Assembly (NCBI GenBank): GCA_035532135.1
Contig: DATKRQ010000041.1
Coordinates: forward strand, 1 to 28,846
DNA length: 28,846 bases
DNA from: Candidatus Tyrphobacter sp.
GTDB taxonomy: Bacteria > Patescibacteriota > Minisyncoccia > UBA6257 > Colwellbacteraceae
Direction: 5' to 3'
Shown here: positions 16,269 to 26,181 of the stretch, one piece after another
How positions within the stretch are numbered: the stretch's first letter is position 1
How the letters are laid out: each line of letters opens with the position of its first letter
The notes under the pieces: model-generated
What the model was told of the DNA's origin: nothing
Databases searched by the model: none
What the model saw: the letters and a program-made list of their open reading frames with translations, nothing else
Position numbers and translations under genes: made by a program

Positions 16269-16616
16269 ACGAGAGGACCGGGTTGAACGAACCTCTGGTG
16301 TACCGGCTTTGGTACCAACTGAATTGCCGGGTAGCTAAGTTCGGCCGGGATAAGCGCTGAAAGCATCTAAGTGCGAAGCCCACCCTAAGATTAGATGTAG
16401 GTCCCTGGAAGATGACCAGGTTGATAGGCTTTAGGTATAAGCTCCGTAAGGAGTGTTTATCTTTGATTTTGAAAGATCGACGGACGAGCTTTCTTCGGAA
16501 AGCGAAGCTGAAGGTTTGGAAGATGAAAGGATTTAGCCAAGAAGTACTAATAGACCGAAAAACCTTCAATTTTCGAAGCGGTCATTTAAATGTCCATCTT
16601 GTTTTCTTTAGTGATT

Positions 16617-16725
16617 TCCCGGTGATCTAGTCGGAAGTGTCCCACCTCTTCCCTTTCCGAACAGAGAAGTGAAAGCTTCCGACACCGATGATAGTTCGTT
16701 AGAGCAAAAGTAGGTTTCGCCGGGA
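16617..16725 (+). rRNA. rrf: 5S rRNA (ends approximate)
   Basis: tcccggtg...ccacctcttccctttccgaacagagaagtgaa...agtagg...ccggga, with terminal helix pairing. Confidence 0.92.
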
Positions 16726-16776
16726 TATCACTCAAGAAAACTTGGTTTTCTCGCCGACTTGTTGGATTATATTAAA

Positions 16777-17532
16777 GTGAATATAAGGATTCTGAAGCAG
16801 ACGGGCTATGGGATTTTTTTTCTCCTTTTTTGGCTCGCGGTAGGGTTTGCCGTTTATCGGCTTTATCCCCGGCCGGTGCCGAGCTGTTTTGACGGACTTA
16901 AAAACGGAGCCGAAACCGGCGTCGATTGCGGAGGCGGTTGCCCGCCTTGCGAGCTTAAGTCAGCCCGATTAAAGACTGGGGAAGTCCTTGTTTTCAAAGC
17001 CGGCCCGACGGCGTCGGTTTTGGCCGTCCGGGTTACGAACCCGGTCAAGGATTACGGGGCGAGATTCAATTATCAACTTGATGTTCTCGGCAGTTTCGGA
17101 GTGAGGGCAAAATCGGAAAATGGCTCGGCTTTGATTCTGCCCGGGGGAGAGGAAGCGTTTGTTTTTCCGCCCGTCGCTCTGGCTTCGGATCAGATTACCG
17201 GCGCTTCTTTTAAAGTTTCGAACCTGCGTTGGCTCGGCTCAAAGGACACGCCTCATTATAAAATAGATATCACTCCCGGCGTCTTGAGTCCCTCGGCCTC
17301 GCCGCCTTATCTCGAGATCAACTTCGCGAACCCCCTGGCCGTGGCCGTCCCGCCCTTTTATCTCTCCGCTCTTGTTTCTGACGCTTCGGGCCGTCCGGTG
17401 GCCGCTTCGGAAAAAGAAATAATCGGTCTGTCCGCCGGGGCGACCGGCAAGGCCGTTCTCTTTTTCCCGCCGGGGTCTTTATTTTCAATCAAGAATTGGC
17501 AAACCGAAATTTATTGGCGCCCGGCTCAATGA
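16777..17532 (+). CDS. Hypothetical membrane-anchored protein with CxDGxxNxxExGxDCGGxCxxC motif
   Basis: N-terminal TM helix then SCFDGLKNGAETGVDCGGGCPPC. Start GTG 16777 is preferred over TTG 16759 but uncertain. Confidence 0.75.
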   Translation: MNIRILKQTGYGIFFLLFWLAVGFAVYRLYPRPVPSCFDGLKNGAETGVDCGGGCPPCELKSARLKTGEVLVFKAGPTASVLAVRVTNPVKDYGARFNYQLDVLGSFGVRAKSENGSALILPGGEEAFVFPPVALASDQITGASFKVSNLRWLGSKDTPHYKIDITPGVLSPSASPPYLEINFANPLAVAVPPFYLSALVSDASGRPVAASEKEIIGLSAGATGKAVLFFPPGSLFSIKNWQTEIYWRPAQ

Positions 17533-18611
17533 GAAATCTGATTCTCGGCTATAAATACGATTGGTATCTTTTGGGAGCGGCGGCTCTGCTTATGTCGGCC
17601 GGGCTTCTGGTTTTGGCTCCGTTCCATGATTCTTCCTTTACCCATCAGCTTGTCTGGGTTTCGCTCGCTCTCTTGATTATCATCGCGACGCCGGCCTTGG
17701 GTTTAAGGACAACGCTTAACTATCGCTGGGTGGTGGTGGGGATTTACCTCCTGATTCTCGCTTTCCTTGCCGTTACGCTTGTTGTCGCGCCGGTCATTCA
17801 CGGATCGCGGAGCTGGATTAAACTCGGCTTTTTTGAGGTTCAGCCTTCGGAATTCATGGAGGGAGCTTTGGTAATTCTCTTTTCCTCGTTTTTCGCCGTT
17901 CGCCACGTGGCCATCGCCCATTACCGGACAATCGCCGTCTCCTTCGTTTATTTTCTGCTACCGGCCTTGCTTGTCATGCTTCAGCCGAACCTGGGGACGG
18001 TTCTGATTATTTTCAGTCTCTGGTTTTCCTATCTCTTAGTGAGCGAGTTGCCGGTTCGTTACGTTCTCTCGGCTCTCGTCGCTTTTTCCCTGGTCGGGAT
18101 TTTTATGTGGCACTTCGGTTTCGCCTCTTATCAAAAGCAAAGAATTGTCGGCTTGTTTCATCCCTCAAACGATCCCTTGGGCATAAATTACAATGTCATT
18201 CAGTCCAAAATCGCCTTGGGCTCCGGCGGTTTTTGGGGAATGGGCTACGGCCGGGGGACTCAGGTCCGGCTGGGATTTTTGCCGGCGCCGACCAACGATT
18301 TTATTTTTTCTTCTTTCATCGAGGAGTGGGGAGTGGCGGGGGGCGTGGCTCTGATAAGCCTGTTTTTGTTTTTGATTTACCGGATTCTGAAGATCGGTTT
18401 CGAATCGGATAATAATTTTTCCCGTTTTCTTTGTTTGGGGACGGCCATTCTTTTGGGCATCCATCTTTTCATCAATCTCGGCTCGGATATGGGATTATTG
18501 CCGGTTATCGGGATAAATTTGCCCCTCGTAAGCTACGGCGGATCCAATTTATTGACAATCGCTTTCCTTTTGGGTATAGTAGAAGATATTCGTTGGAGAT
18601 CGGCGGTATGA
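17529..18611 (+). CDS. rodA: SEDS peptidoglycan glycosyltransferase RodA/FtsW
   Basis: GSRSWIKLG..EVQPSEF, QPNLG, QSKIALGSGG, DFIFS..EEWG, LPLVSYGGS. ATGA overlap with the upstream gene. RodA versus FtsW is not fully resolved. Confidence 0.85.
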   Translation: MRNLILGYKYDWYLLGAAALLMSAGLLVLAPFHDSSFTHQLVWVSLALLIIIATPALGLRTTLNYRWVVVGIYLLILAFLAVTLVVAPVIHGSRSWIKLGFFEVQPSEFMEGALVILFSSFFAVRHVAIAHYRTIAVSFVYFLLPALLVMLQPNLGTVLIIFSLWFSYLLVSELPVRYVLSALVAFSLVGIFMWHFGFASYQKQRIVGLFHPSNDPLGINYNVIQSKIALGSGGFWGMGYGRGTQVRLGFLPAPTNDFIFSSFIEEWGVAGGVALISLFLFLIYRILKIGFESDNNFSRFLCLGTAILLGIHLFINLGSDMGLLPVIGINLPLVSYGGSNLLTIAFLLGIVEDIRWRSAV

Positions 18612-19312
18612 AGCGGCAGAAGATACTGGTTTTAATCTTGCTCGGAGCGGTTGCCGCTTCTTTGTTCTTTTGGAAAAAAAGTAAGGAGGAACCGAAGGTG
18701 GTAACCGTGGTGATTCCGGAGGGCTCGACGGTGGCTGAGGTAAACGGTCGGTTGGAGCAAAGCGGGGTTCTCTCGGGGACGGCGGTCTTGCCGCAATCCG
18801 AAGAGGGCTATCTCTTCCCCGACACTTATCAATTTTATGCCCCCTCGACGATAGCCGCGGTGGAAAAAAAGTTCGAGGCCAATTTTAAGAATAAGACGGC
18901 GGCCGTTATTCCCAAGAATGAGGATATCAAAAAAACGCTTATCATCGCCTCGCTCATCGAAAAGGAAGCGGCCACCGGAAAAGACCAAGGGCTTGTCTCG
19001 GGCATTATTGAGAAAAGATTGCAGGCCGGGATTCCTCTTCAAATTGATTCGACTATCTGCTATATCAAACCGGCGCCCTGTCTGCCGATTCGATCAGCCG
19101 ATTTGCGGATCGATTCTCCTTACAACACTTACGAACACAAGGGACTGCCCCTGGGTCCGATTGATAATCCCGGCTTGGCCTCGATTGAGGCGGCGCTAAA
19201 TCCCCAATCCTCCCCTTATTGGTATTATCTTTCTAATCGGGCGGGAAAGGTGGTTTATGCCCGGACTCTTGACGAACAGGAGAGAAATGTTGTTAAATAT
19301 CTAACGAATTAA
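18608..19312 (+). CDS. mltG: Endolytic transglycosylase MltG
   Basis: EGYLFPDTY, ASLIEKE (catalytic Glu), LQID.T, SPYNTY..GLP.GPI.NPG. Start ATG 18608 via ATGA overlap. Confidence 0.93.
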   Translation: MKRQKILVLILLGAVAASLFFWKKSKEEPKVVTVVIPEGSTVAEVNGRLEQSGVLSGTAVLPQSEEGYLFPDTYQFYAPSTIAAVEKKFEANFKNKTAAVIPKNEDIKKTLIIASLIEKEAATGKDQGLVSGIIEKRLQAGIPLQIDSTICYIKPAPCLPIRSADLRIDSPYNTYEHKGLPLGPIDNPGLASIEAALNPQSSPYWYYLSNRAGKVVYARTLDEQERNVVKYLTN

Positions 19313-19391
19313 TATAACTTTCCCTTATGGGTTCCCCAAGAACAGAGGGTTTTTGCGTGCTCGATAATTAGCGACTTCTTAAATTCACTAA

Positions 19392-22300
19392 ATGCCTAAA
19401 TTACCAACCAAGACATTTGCTTCTTTTTTTAAGGTCCCCATTGAACAGCCGCCGCTTACGGCTATTCAGCTTGACTCTTATCGCTGGTTCAGGGAGAAGG
19501 GATTAAAGGAGATTTTCAGCGAGTTTTCTCCGATCGAAGACTACTCCAGCCATAATTTAGAGATTTCCTTTTCAGATTACTATTTTGGCGAGCCGAAGTA
19601 TACCGAGATCGAAGCCCAAACCAAAAGCATCACCTACAGCGCCCCCTTAAGGGCCAGCGTTAAGTTAACCCACGCCTCGACCGGAAGAAACAAGGAACAG
19701 GAAGTTTATCTCGGCGAATTTCCGATGATGACCGACCGGGGCACCTTTATTATCAACGGGGTGGAGCGGGTGGTGATTTCCCAACTTTCCCGTTCGCCCG
19801 GCGTTTATTTCGTGATTAATGAAGTTCGCGGCCGAAAATTATTCGGCAGCAAAATCATTCCCAATCGCGGAGCCTGGCTTGAATTCGAAACCGACCTGGA
19901 CGGCTCGGTCTGGGTTAAGATTGACCGGCGCCGAAAATTAGCCGTCACTTCTCTCCTCAGGATTTTTGGTCTTCCGACCGACGAAGAAATCGTGAAGCGC
20001 TTGGGCGAAATAATCGGGCCGACTCTGAAGAAGGATTCGGCTCATTCAATCGACGAGTCTTTCCTCGAAATTTATAAGCGTCTCAGGCCGGGAGATTTGG
20101 CCCGGGCCGAGGATGCCAGGCGGCTGGTGGAAGCGATGTTTACCGATCCCAATCGATATGATTTGGGCTCGGTCGGCCGGTTTAAGGTCAATCAGCGGCT
20201 GGCTCAGAAAGAGGAATCAAATCTCATCGTTTTGGACGATCTAATAGCCATCATCAAAGAGCTTGTCAGGCTCAACAAGGACAATCACGCCCAGCCAGAC
20301 GACATTGATCACTTGGGAAATCGCCGGGTAAAATCGGTGGGCGAACTGCTTCAGGCCAGAGTGAGAATCGGCTTTATGCGCTTGCGGCGGCACATCCAGG
20401 ACAAGATGGCGGCTGGCGAATTCGAAGATCTGGAACCGGCCTCGCTTACCAATTCCCGACTGATTTCATCGGTGGTCGAAGAGTTCTTTTCTTCTTCTCA
20501 GCTTTCTCAGTTCGCCGATCAGGAAAATCCCCTTTCGGAAATCGAACACCGCCGGCGGCTCACTGTTTTGGGACCGGGCGGCTTGGTGCGGGAACGAGCG
20601 GGCATCGAAGTCCGCGACGTCCACCATTCCTCTTACGGCCGCATTTGCCCGATTGAAACGCCCGAGGGCCATAATATCGGCTTGGTTAACCACTTAACGA
20701 TGTACGCTCGGCTCGACGAGCATGGTTTTTTAATCACCCCTTATTACGAAGTTAAAAAGAGCCGGGTGACGGATAAGGTTTTCTGGCTTAATGCGATTGA
20801 AGATGAGGATCACAAGATCGCGAGCGCCAATACCCGCTTGGATAAGGAAGGCAATATTTTGGACGAAAAGGTGGAAGCTCGGATTAAAGGCGAGCCGGGA
20901 ATTTGCGCGCGGGAAGAAGTCGATTTGATTGAAGTGGCGCCTAACCAGTTAATCAGTCTCTCCACCTCGCTGATTCCTTTTTTGGAGCACGATGATGCCA
21001 ACCGGTCTCTGATGGCTTCGAATATGCAGCGCCAAGCCGTGCCGTCGCTCAATCCGGAAGCGCCTTATGTGGGAACGGGAGTGGAAGAGACTGCGGCTAT
21101 GGGTTCGGGCGCCGTAACGACAGCGAAGCGCGCCGGTCTGGTCACGGAAGTCGACGCCGCCCATGTCGTGATTAAAACGGACGACGGCGAAAAAGACGAA
21201 TACCACTTGAAGAAATTCAAGATGAGTAACCAGAACACGACGATTACGGAACGGCCGGTCGTTTTTAAGGGTGATAAAATAAAGAAGGGGGAAATCATCG
21301 CCGAAAGCGCCTCAAGCGATCACGGTGCTTTGGCTTTGGGCCAAAATTTACTGGTGGCCTTTATGCCGTTTGACGGAGGAAACTTTGAAGACGCCGTTAT
21401 TCTTTCCGAAAGGGTTCAGATGGAGAATCGGTTCACGTCAATCCATACCGAGGATTTTCCGGTGGACGTCCGGGACACCAAGCTTGGTCCGGAAATCACG
21501 ACGCCCGACATCCCGAACGTAGCTGAAACGAAACTCAAAAATTTGGATGAAGAGGGGATTATCAGAATCGGAGCCGAAGTAAGAGGCGGGGATATTTTGG
21601 TCGGCAAAATTTCACCAAAGGGCGAGAGCGAACTGATGCCGGAAGAAAAGTTGCTCCAGGCCATTTTCGGCGAGAAAGCCCGGGACGTGAAAGACACTTC
21701 GCTTTATCTGCCGAGCGGAAAATCCGGCCGGGTGGTGGGAATTAAAATCTTAAGCCGCGAGCGCGGGGATAAATTGGATCCGGGAGTGATTTCGCGCATC
21801 CAGGTTCAGGTGGCGGAACTTCGGAACATTCAGGCCGGAGACAAGGTAGCCGTTCGACATGGAAACAAGGGAGTCATTTCTCAGGTTAGACCGATGGAAG
21901 ATATGCCTCATTTGGCCGACGGGACGCCGGTGGACGTCATTTTGAATCCCTTGGGCGTGCCTTCAAGGATGAACTTGGGCCAGATTCTCGAGACCCATCT
22001 TGGCTGGGCGGCCAAGAGTCTTGGTTATCGGGCGGTGACGCCGGCCTTCGCCGGAGCGAAAGAAGAAGAGATTAAGCAGGAGCTCAAGGCGGCCGGTCTG
22101 CCGGAAGACGGCCAGATCGCCCTCTACGACGGTCGGACGGGCGTGGAGTTCAAGAGAAAAGTGACGGTCGGCATTATTTACATGATGAAACTGAATCATA
22201 TGGTGGTGGATAAAGTCCATATGCGCTCGGTCGGCCCTTATTCCCTGATTACCCAGCAGCCCCTTAGGGGCAAGGCTCAGCTCGGCGGTCAGCGTTTCGG

Positions 22301-22553
22301 CGAAATGGAAGTCTGGGCTCTGGAGGGTCATGGCGCGCCTCACACGCTTCAGGAGATGCTCACAATTAAGTCGGATGACGTGCCCGGCCGGGGAGCGGCT
22401 TACGAAGCCATTATCCGAGGCGAAGAAATTAAAAAGCCCAACGTGCCGGCCTCGTTCAACGTTTTGGTGTCCGAACTCAAGGCTCTGGGTTTGGCGGTAA
22501 CGCCCTTGGCCGAGGGGGAAGAAATAAATTTTAATCCTGAAGAAGATGAATAA
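19392..22553 (+). CDS. rpoB: RNA polymerase beta subunit
   Basis: GTFIINGVERV, SQLSQF.DQ.NPLSE, RHGNKG, GGQRFGEMEVWALE. Confidence 0.99.
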   Translation: MPKLPTKTFASFFKVPIEQPPLTAIQLDSYRWFREKGLKEIFSEFSPIEDYSSHNLEISFSDYYFGEPKYTEIEAQTKSITYSAPLRASVKLTHASTGRNKEQEVYLGEFPMMTDRGTFIINGVERVVISQLSRSPGVYFVINEVRGRKLFGSKIIPNRGAWLEFETDLDGSVWVKIDRRRKLAVTSLLRIFGLPTDEEIVKRLGEIIGPTLKKDSAHSIDESFLEIYKRLRPGDLARAEDARRLVEAMFTDPNRYDLGSVGRFKVNQRLAQKEESNLIVLDDLIAIIKELVRLNKDNHAQPDDIDHLGNRRVKSVGELLQARVRIGFMRLRRHIQDKMAAGEFEDLEPASLTNSRLISSVVEEFFSSSQLSQFADQENPLSEIEHRRRLTVLGPGGLVRERAGIEVRDVHHSSYGRICPIETPEGHNIGLVNHLTMYARLDEHGFLITPYYEVKKSRVTDKVFWLNAIEDEDHKIASANTRLDKEGNILDEKVEARIKGEPGICAREEVDLIEVAPNQLISLSTSLIPFLEHDDANRSLMASNMQRQAVPSLNPEAPYVGTGVEETAAMGSGAVTTAKRAGLVTEVDAAHVVIKTDDGEKDEYHLKKFKMSNQNTTITERPVVFKGDKIKKGEIIAESASSDHGALALGQNLLVAFMPFDGGNFEDAVILSERVQMENRFTSIHTEDFPVDVRDTKLGPEITTPDIPNVAETKLKNLDEEGIIRIGAEVRGGDILVGKISPKGESELMPEEKLLQAIFGEKARDVKDTSLYLPSGKSGRVVGIKILSRERGDKLDPGVISRIQVQVAELRNIQAGDKVAVRHGNKGVISQVRPMEDMPHLADGTPVDVILNPLGVPSRMNLGQILETHLGWAAKSLGYRAVTPAFAGAKEEEIKQELKAAGLPEDGQIALYDGRTGVEFKRKVTVGIIYMMKLNHMVVDKVHMRSVGPYSLITQQPLRGKAQLGGQRFGEMEVWALEGHGAPHTLQEMLTIKSDDVPGRGAAYEAIIRGEEIKKPNVPASFNVLVSELKALGLAVTPLAEGEEINFNPEEDE

Positions 22554-25500
22554 TCTTGATTTTAAATCCTTAAAAATAAGCGTCGCTTCGCCGGAGGAGA
22601 TTTTGGCTTGGTCTCACGGAGAAGTGACCAAGCCGGAGACGATTAATTATCGGACCCAGCGGCCGGAGAAAGACGGTCTTTTTTCGGAACGGATTTTTGG
22701 TCCGACCAAGGACTGGGAATGTTATTGCGGCAAATATAAAAAGGTAAGGTACAAGGGAGTGGTTTGCGATAAGTGCGGCGTTGAAGTAACCCGATCGGTG
22801 GTGCGGCGGGAATGGATGGGACACATCAGTCTGGCCACGCCGGTAGTTCATCCCTGGTTTCTCAAGAGCGCTCCCTCCAAAATCAGCCTGCTTTTGGACG
22901 AATCGCTCTCCAAGCTCGAGCGGGTGGTTTATTATGCCGCCCATATTATTGTTTCGGTGGAAGAAGAGAAACGCAAAGAGGTGCTTCAGGAAATCAAAAG
23001 CGAGCTGAAGCGGCGTAAAGGTGAAGGCGGGGGAGGCAATTATGATGAAGTCAAGGAAGAAACCGATAAAACCGTCGATCTCCTGGAAAGCTTGAGGCCC
23101 GGTCTCGTGATTGACGAAGCCGATCTCTCTCGGCTTCAGAAGTTCAGTCACGCTTTCACCGTTTCAAGCGGCGGCGAAGGAATCCGCCAGGCTTTGATTA
23201 ACTTTAACTGGACCGAAGAGGCTCGGCGCATCGAAAAGGAGGTGGAATCGATTAGAGAGGTCACTAAGCGCAACAAATCCCTGCGCCGCTTGGCCGTCAT
23301 CAGATCAATGCTTCAGTCGAAAATCAAGCCGGAATGGATGGTGTTTACCGTGCTGCCGATTTTGCCTCCGGACTTGAGGCCGATGGTCGCTTTGGACGGC
23401 GGTCGCTATGCCACTTCCGATTTAAACGATCTTTATCGCCGCGTTATCAACCGAAACAACCGCTTGAAAAAACTTTTAGAACTCAAGGCGCCTTCGGTTA
23501 TCGTGGTCAATGAGAAAAGAATGCTCCAGGAAGCGGTGGACGCTTTAATTGATTCCTCGGTTCATCTTACGGCCAGCCGGCCGGCTGCTCCGTCCAGACG
23601 ACCGTTGCGTTCTTTGGCCGACATGCTTAAGGGCAAACAAGGTCGTTTTCGTCAGAACCTTTTGGGCAAGCGGGTCGACTATTCGGGCCGATCGGTGATT
23701 GTCGTCGGTCCCCACCTGAAGCATGACGAATGCGGCCTGCCGAAAAAAATGGCTTTGGAAATTTTCCGGCCATTCGTCATCGGCCAGATTTTAGACAGAG
23801 GCCTGGCTCACAACGTGAAAACGGCCAATCGTTTGATTGAGCAGGAAGGGCCGGAGGTTTGGGAAATTTTAGAAGAAGTGATTGCCGACCGGAAAGTTCT
23901 TTTGAACCGGGCGCCGACGCTTCACCGCTTGAGCGTCCAAGCTTTTAAGCCGATTTTAGTCGAGGGCTCGGCTATTCAGATTCCGCCGCTCGTTTGTACG
24001 GCTTTTAACGCCGACTTTGATGGCGATCAAATGGCCGTTCACCTGCCCCTGGGTCGGGAAGCCCAGGCCGAAGCTTCGCAAATCATGCTTTCGAGCCAAA
24101 ACTTCCTGAGTCCGGCGTCGGGCGAGTCAATCGTTTATCCGACCCAGGACGTGGTTTTGGGTTGTTATTATCTGACCAGGGTTTTTGAAGAGGCCAAGGG
24201 GAAGGGTGGGGTTTTCGCCGACGGTCGCGAGGCCAAACTGGCTTACGAAAACGGTTATATCGAAGTTGGAGCTCCGATTAAAGTGGGAGACTTGGAGACG
24301 ACTTGCGGACGGATTATTTTTAACGAAGCCCTGCCTGACGATTTTGGATACATCAACGAAAATCTCAATCGCCGGAAGCTTCAAAAGCTGATGAGCGATC
24401 TCATTTACCGCTACGATCATGAAACGATTCGCCGGGTGATAGACGACATCAAATCTCTCGGCTTTGATTACGCTACGGGCTCCGGTTTGAGCTGGGGCAT
24501 GGACGACCTCTCCATTCCCAAGGAAAAGAAAGCGATTCTTGAAGAGGCCGACAAAGCGGACAGCCTGATTAACGAGCAATACGAAATGGGTTTCTTGACC
24601 GAAGAAGAGCGCCGGGATAAAACCATCGAGCTTTGGAGTCAGGTGATCGTAAAGATCGGAAAAGTAATTCCGGAAGCCCTAAACAAGAAAAGCTCCGTTT
24701 ATATGATGATTGATTCGGGTGCCCGGGGCTCCTGGCAGCAGCCGACCCAGCTGATGGGAATGAAGGGTCTCGTAACAAACCCCAAGGGCGACATAATCGA
24801 ATTGCCGATTAAAACTTCTCTTAAGGAAGGACACAGCGGCCTGGCTTATTTCATTACCACCCACGGCTCACGGAAGGGGCTGGCCGATACCGCCCTTAAA
24901 ACCGCCGAGGCCGGATATCTTACCCGCCGCCTTATTGACGTGTCCCAGGACGTGGTGATTCGAGAAAAGGATTGCCGAACCAAGGAGGGAATCATTCTTT
25001 ACCGCGGAGACGGCGAAGATTTCGGCCATCAGTTCTCCGATCGGGTTTTCTCCCGCACTGCTTTGACTGAAATAAAAATTGGCCGAAAAGTTGTGGTTAA
25101 GGCCGGCGAAATAATCGATCGGAAGGCGGCGGAAGAGATTCAGGCTTCCGATTTTAAGGAAATCGAAGTTCGTTCGCCCATCGCTTGTAAAACGCTTTAC
25201 GGACTTTGTGCCACCTGCTACGGAAGCGATTTGGGGAATAATAATTTGGTTCGGGTGGGCACCGCGGTCGGGATTATCGCCGCCCAGTCAATCGGCGAGC
25301 CCGGCACTCAGCTTACCCTGAGAACGAAACACGCCGGCGGCGTGGCCGGCCGGGACATCACGACCGGCTTGCCTCGGGTGGAAGAAATCTTCGAAGTTCA
25401 TACTCCGAAGGGCGAAGCTGTTTTGGCGCCAGCCCACGGTCACGTTTCAAAAATTGAGGAAAGCGGACACTATAAGACGCTCACCTTGACCGTTCCAAAG

Positions 25501-26139
25501 GGGAAGGGAACAAAGCAGGAAGAGTTTTCTGTTTTGCGCGACACGGCTCTGCTTGTGAAAGAAGGCGATTCAGTGGAGGCGGGCGACGCTTTAACCGAGG
25601 GCAGTCTTAATCTAAGGAGTCTTTTGGAATTGAAGGGCAAGGAAGCGACCTACCGTTATATTATCAGCGAGATTCAGCGCATCTATGTGGCTGAGGGAAA
25701 CGTCATAAACAACAAGCACTTGGAAATAATCGTGAGGCAGATGTTCGGCCGGGTGAGGATAGTCTCGGCCGGAGACACGGAATTCACGCCGGGGGAGATT
25801 GTCGACAAATCTTATTTCAAGGAAATAAACAAGGAAATGAAGGCCGAAGACAAAGAACCGGCCCGGGCCGAAGAAATCCTCTTGGGCACCACCAAGTCGG
25901 CGCTCGCGGCGGACGGCTGGCTTTCGGCCGCTTCTTTCCAGGAGACTTCCCGGGTTCTCACCTCGGCCGCGACCGGAGGCCGGATCGACTATCTCCGCGG
26001 TCTCAAGGAAAACGTGATTATCGGACGGCTCCTCCCCATCGGCAGTCAGTTGGAGGACGACGGCCGGCTGATTGATCAGATCGAGCGTCGAAGGGAGGCT
26101 TACGCCTCGGCGGGCGAAGGGGAAGAGGCCGGAGAATAA
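22546..26139 (+). CDS. rpoC: RNA polymerase beta' subunit
   Basis: Zn finger CYCGKY..CDKC, NADFDGD, LLGKRVDYSGRSVI, SAASFQET. Confidence 0.99.
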   Translation: MNNLDFKSLKISVASPEEILAWSHGEVTKPETINYRTQRPEKDGLFSERIFGPTKDWECYCGKYKKVRYKGVVCDKCGVEVTRSVVRREWMGHISLATPVVHPWFLKSAPSKISLLLDESLSKLERVVYYAAHIIVSVEEEKRKEVLQEIKSELKRRKGEGGGGNYDEVKEETDKTVDLLESLRPGLVIDEADLSRLQKFSHAFTVSSGGEGIRQALINFNWTEEARRIEKEVESIREVTKRNKSLRRLAVIRSMLQSKIKPEWMVFTVLPILPPDLRPMVALDGGRYATSDLNDLYRRVINRNNRLKKLLELKAPSVIVVNEKRMLQEAVDALIDSSVHLTASRPAAPSRRPLRSLADMLKGKQGRFRQNLLGKRVDYSGRSVIVVGPHLKHDECGLPKKMALEIFRPFVIGQILDRGLAHNVKTANRLIEQEGPEVWEILEEVIADRKVLLNRAPTLHRLSVQAFKPILVEGSAIQIPPLVCTAFNADFDGDQMAVHLPLGREAQAEASQIMLSSQNFLSPASGESIVYPTQDVVLGCYYLTRVFEEAKGKGGVFADGREAKLAYENGYIEVGAPIKVGDLETTCGRIIFNEALPDDFGYINENLNRRKLQKLMSDLIYRYDHETIRRVIDDIKSLGFDYATGSGLSWGMDDLSIPKEKKAILEEADKADSLINEQYEMGFLTEEERRDKTIELWSQVIVKIGKVIPEALNKKSSVYMMIDSGARGSWQQPTQLMGMKGLVTNPKGDIIELPIKTSLKEGHSGLAYFITTHGSRKGLADTALKTAEAGYLTRRLIDVSQDVVIREKDCRTKEGIILYRGDGEDFGHQFSDRVFSRTALTEIKIGRKVVVKAGEIIDRKAAEEIQASDFKEIEVRSPIACKTLYGLCATCYGSDLGNNNLVRVGTAVGIIAAQSIGEPGTQLTLRTKHAGGVAGRDITTGLPRVEEIFEVHTPKGEAVLAPAHGHVSKIEESGHYKTLTLTVPKGKGTKQEEFSVLRDTALLVKEGDSVEAGDALTEGSLNLRSLLELKGKEATYRYIISEIQRIYVAEGNVINNKHLEIIVRQMFGRVRIVSAGDTEFTPGEIVDKSYFKEINKEMKAEDKEPARAEEILLGTTKSALAADGWLSAASFQETSRVLTSAATGGRIDYLRGLKENVIIGRLLPIGSQLEDDGRLIDQIERRREAYASAGEGEEAGE

Positions 26140-26142
26140 TTT

Positions 26143-26171
26143 TTGACCTTCCCGGCTCCCCGTGATAGGAT
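26143..26171 (+). promoter_or_regulatory. Sigma70-type promoter for rpsF-ssb-rpsR
   Basis: TTGACC-17 nt-TAGGAT with TGn, 10 nt before the ATG. Confidence 0.6.
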
Positions 26172-26181
26172 AATTTGACTT

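Noticed and set aside
22546-22553. Possible rpoB-rpoC fusion
   Set aside because: The genes are in different frames with an 8-nt overlap and separate start and stop codons.
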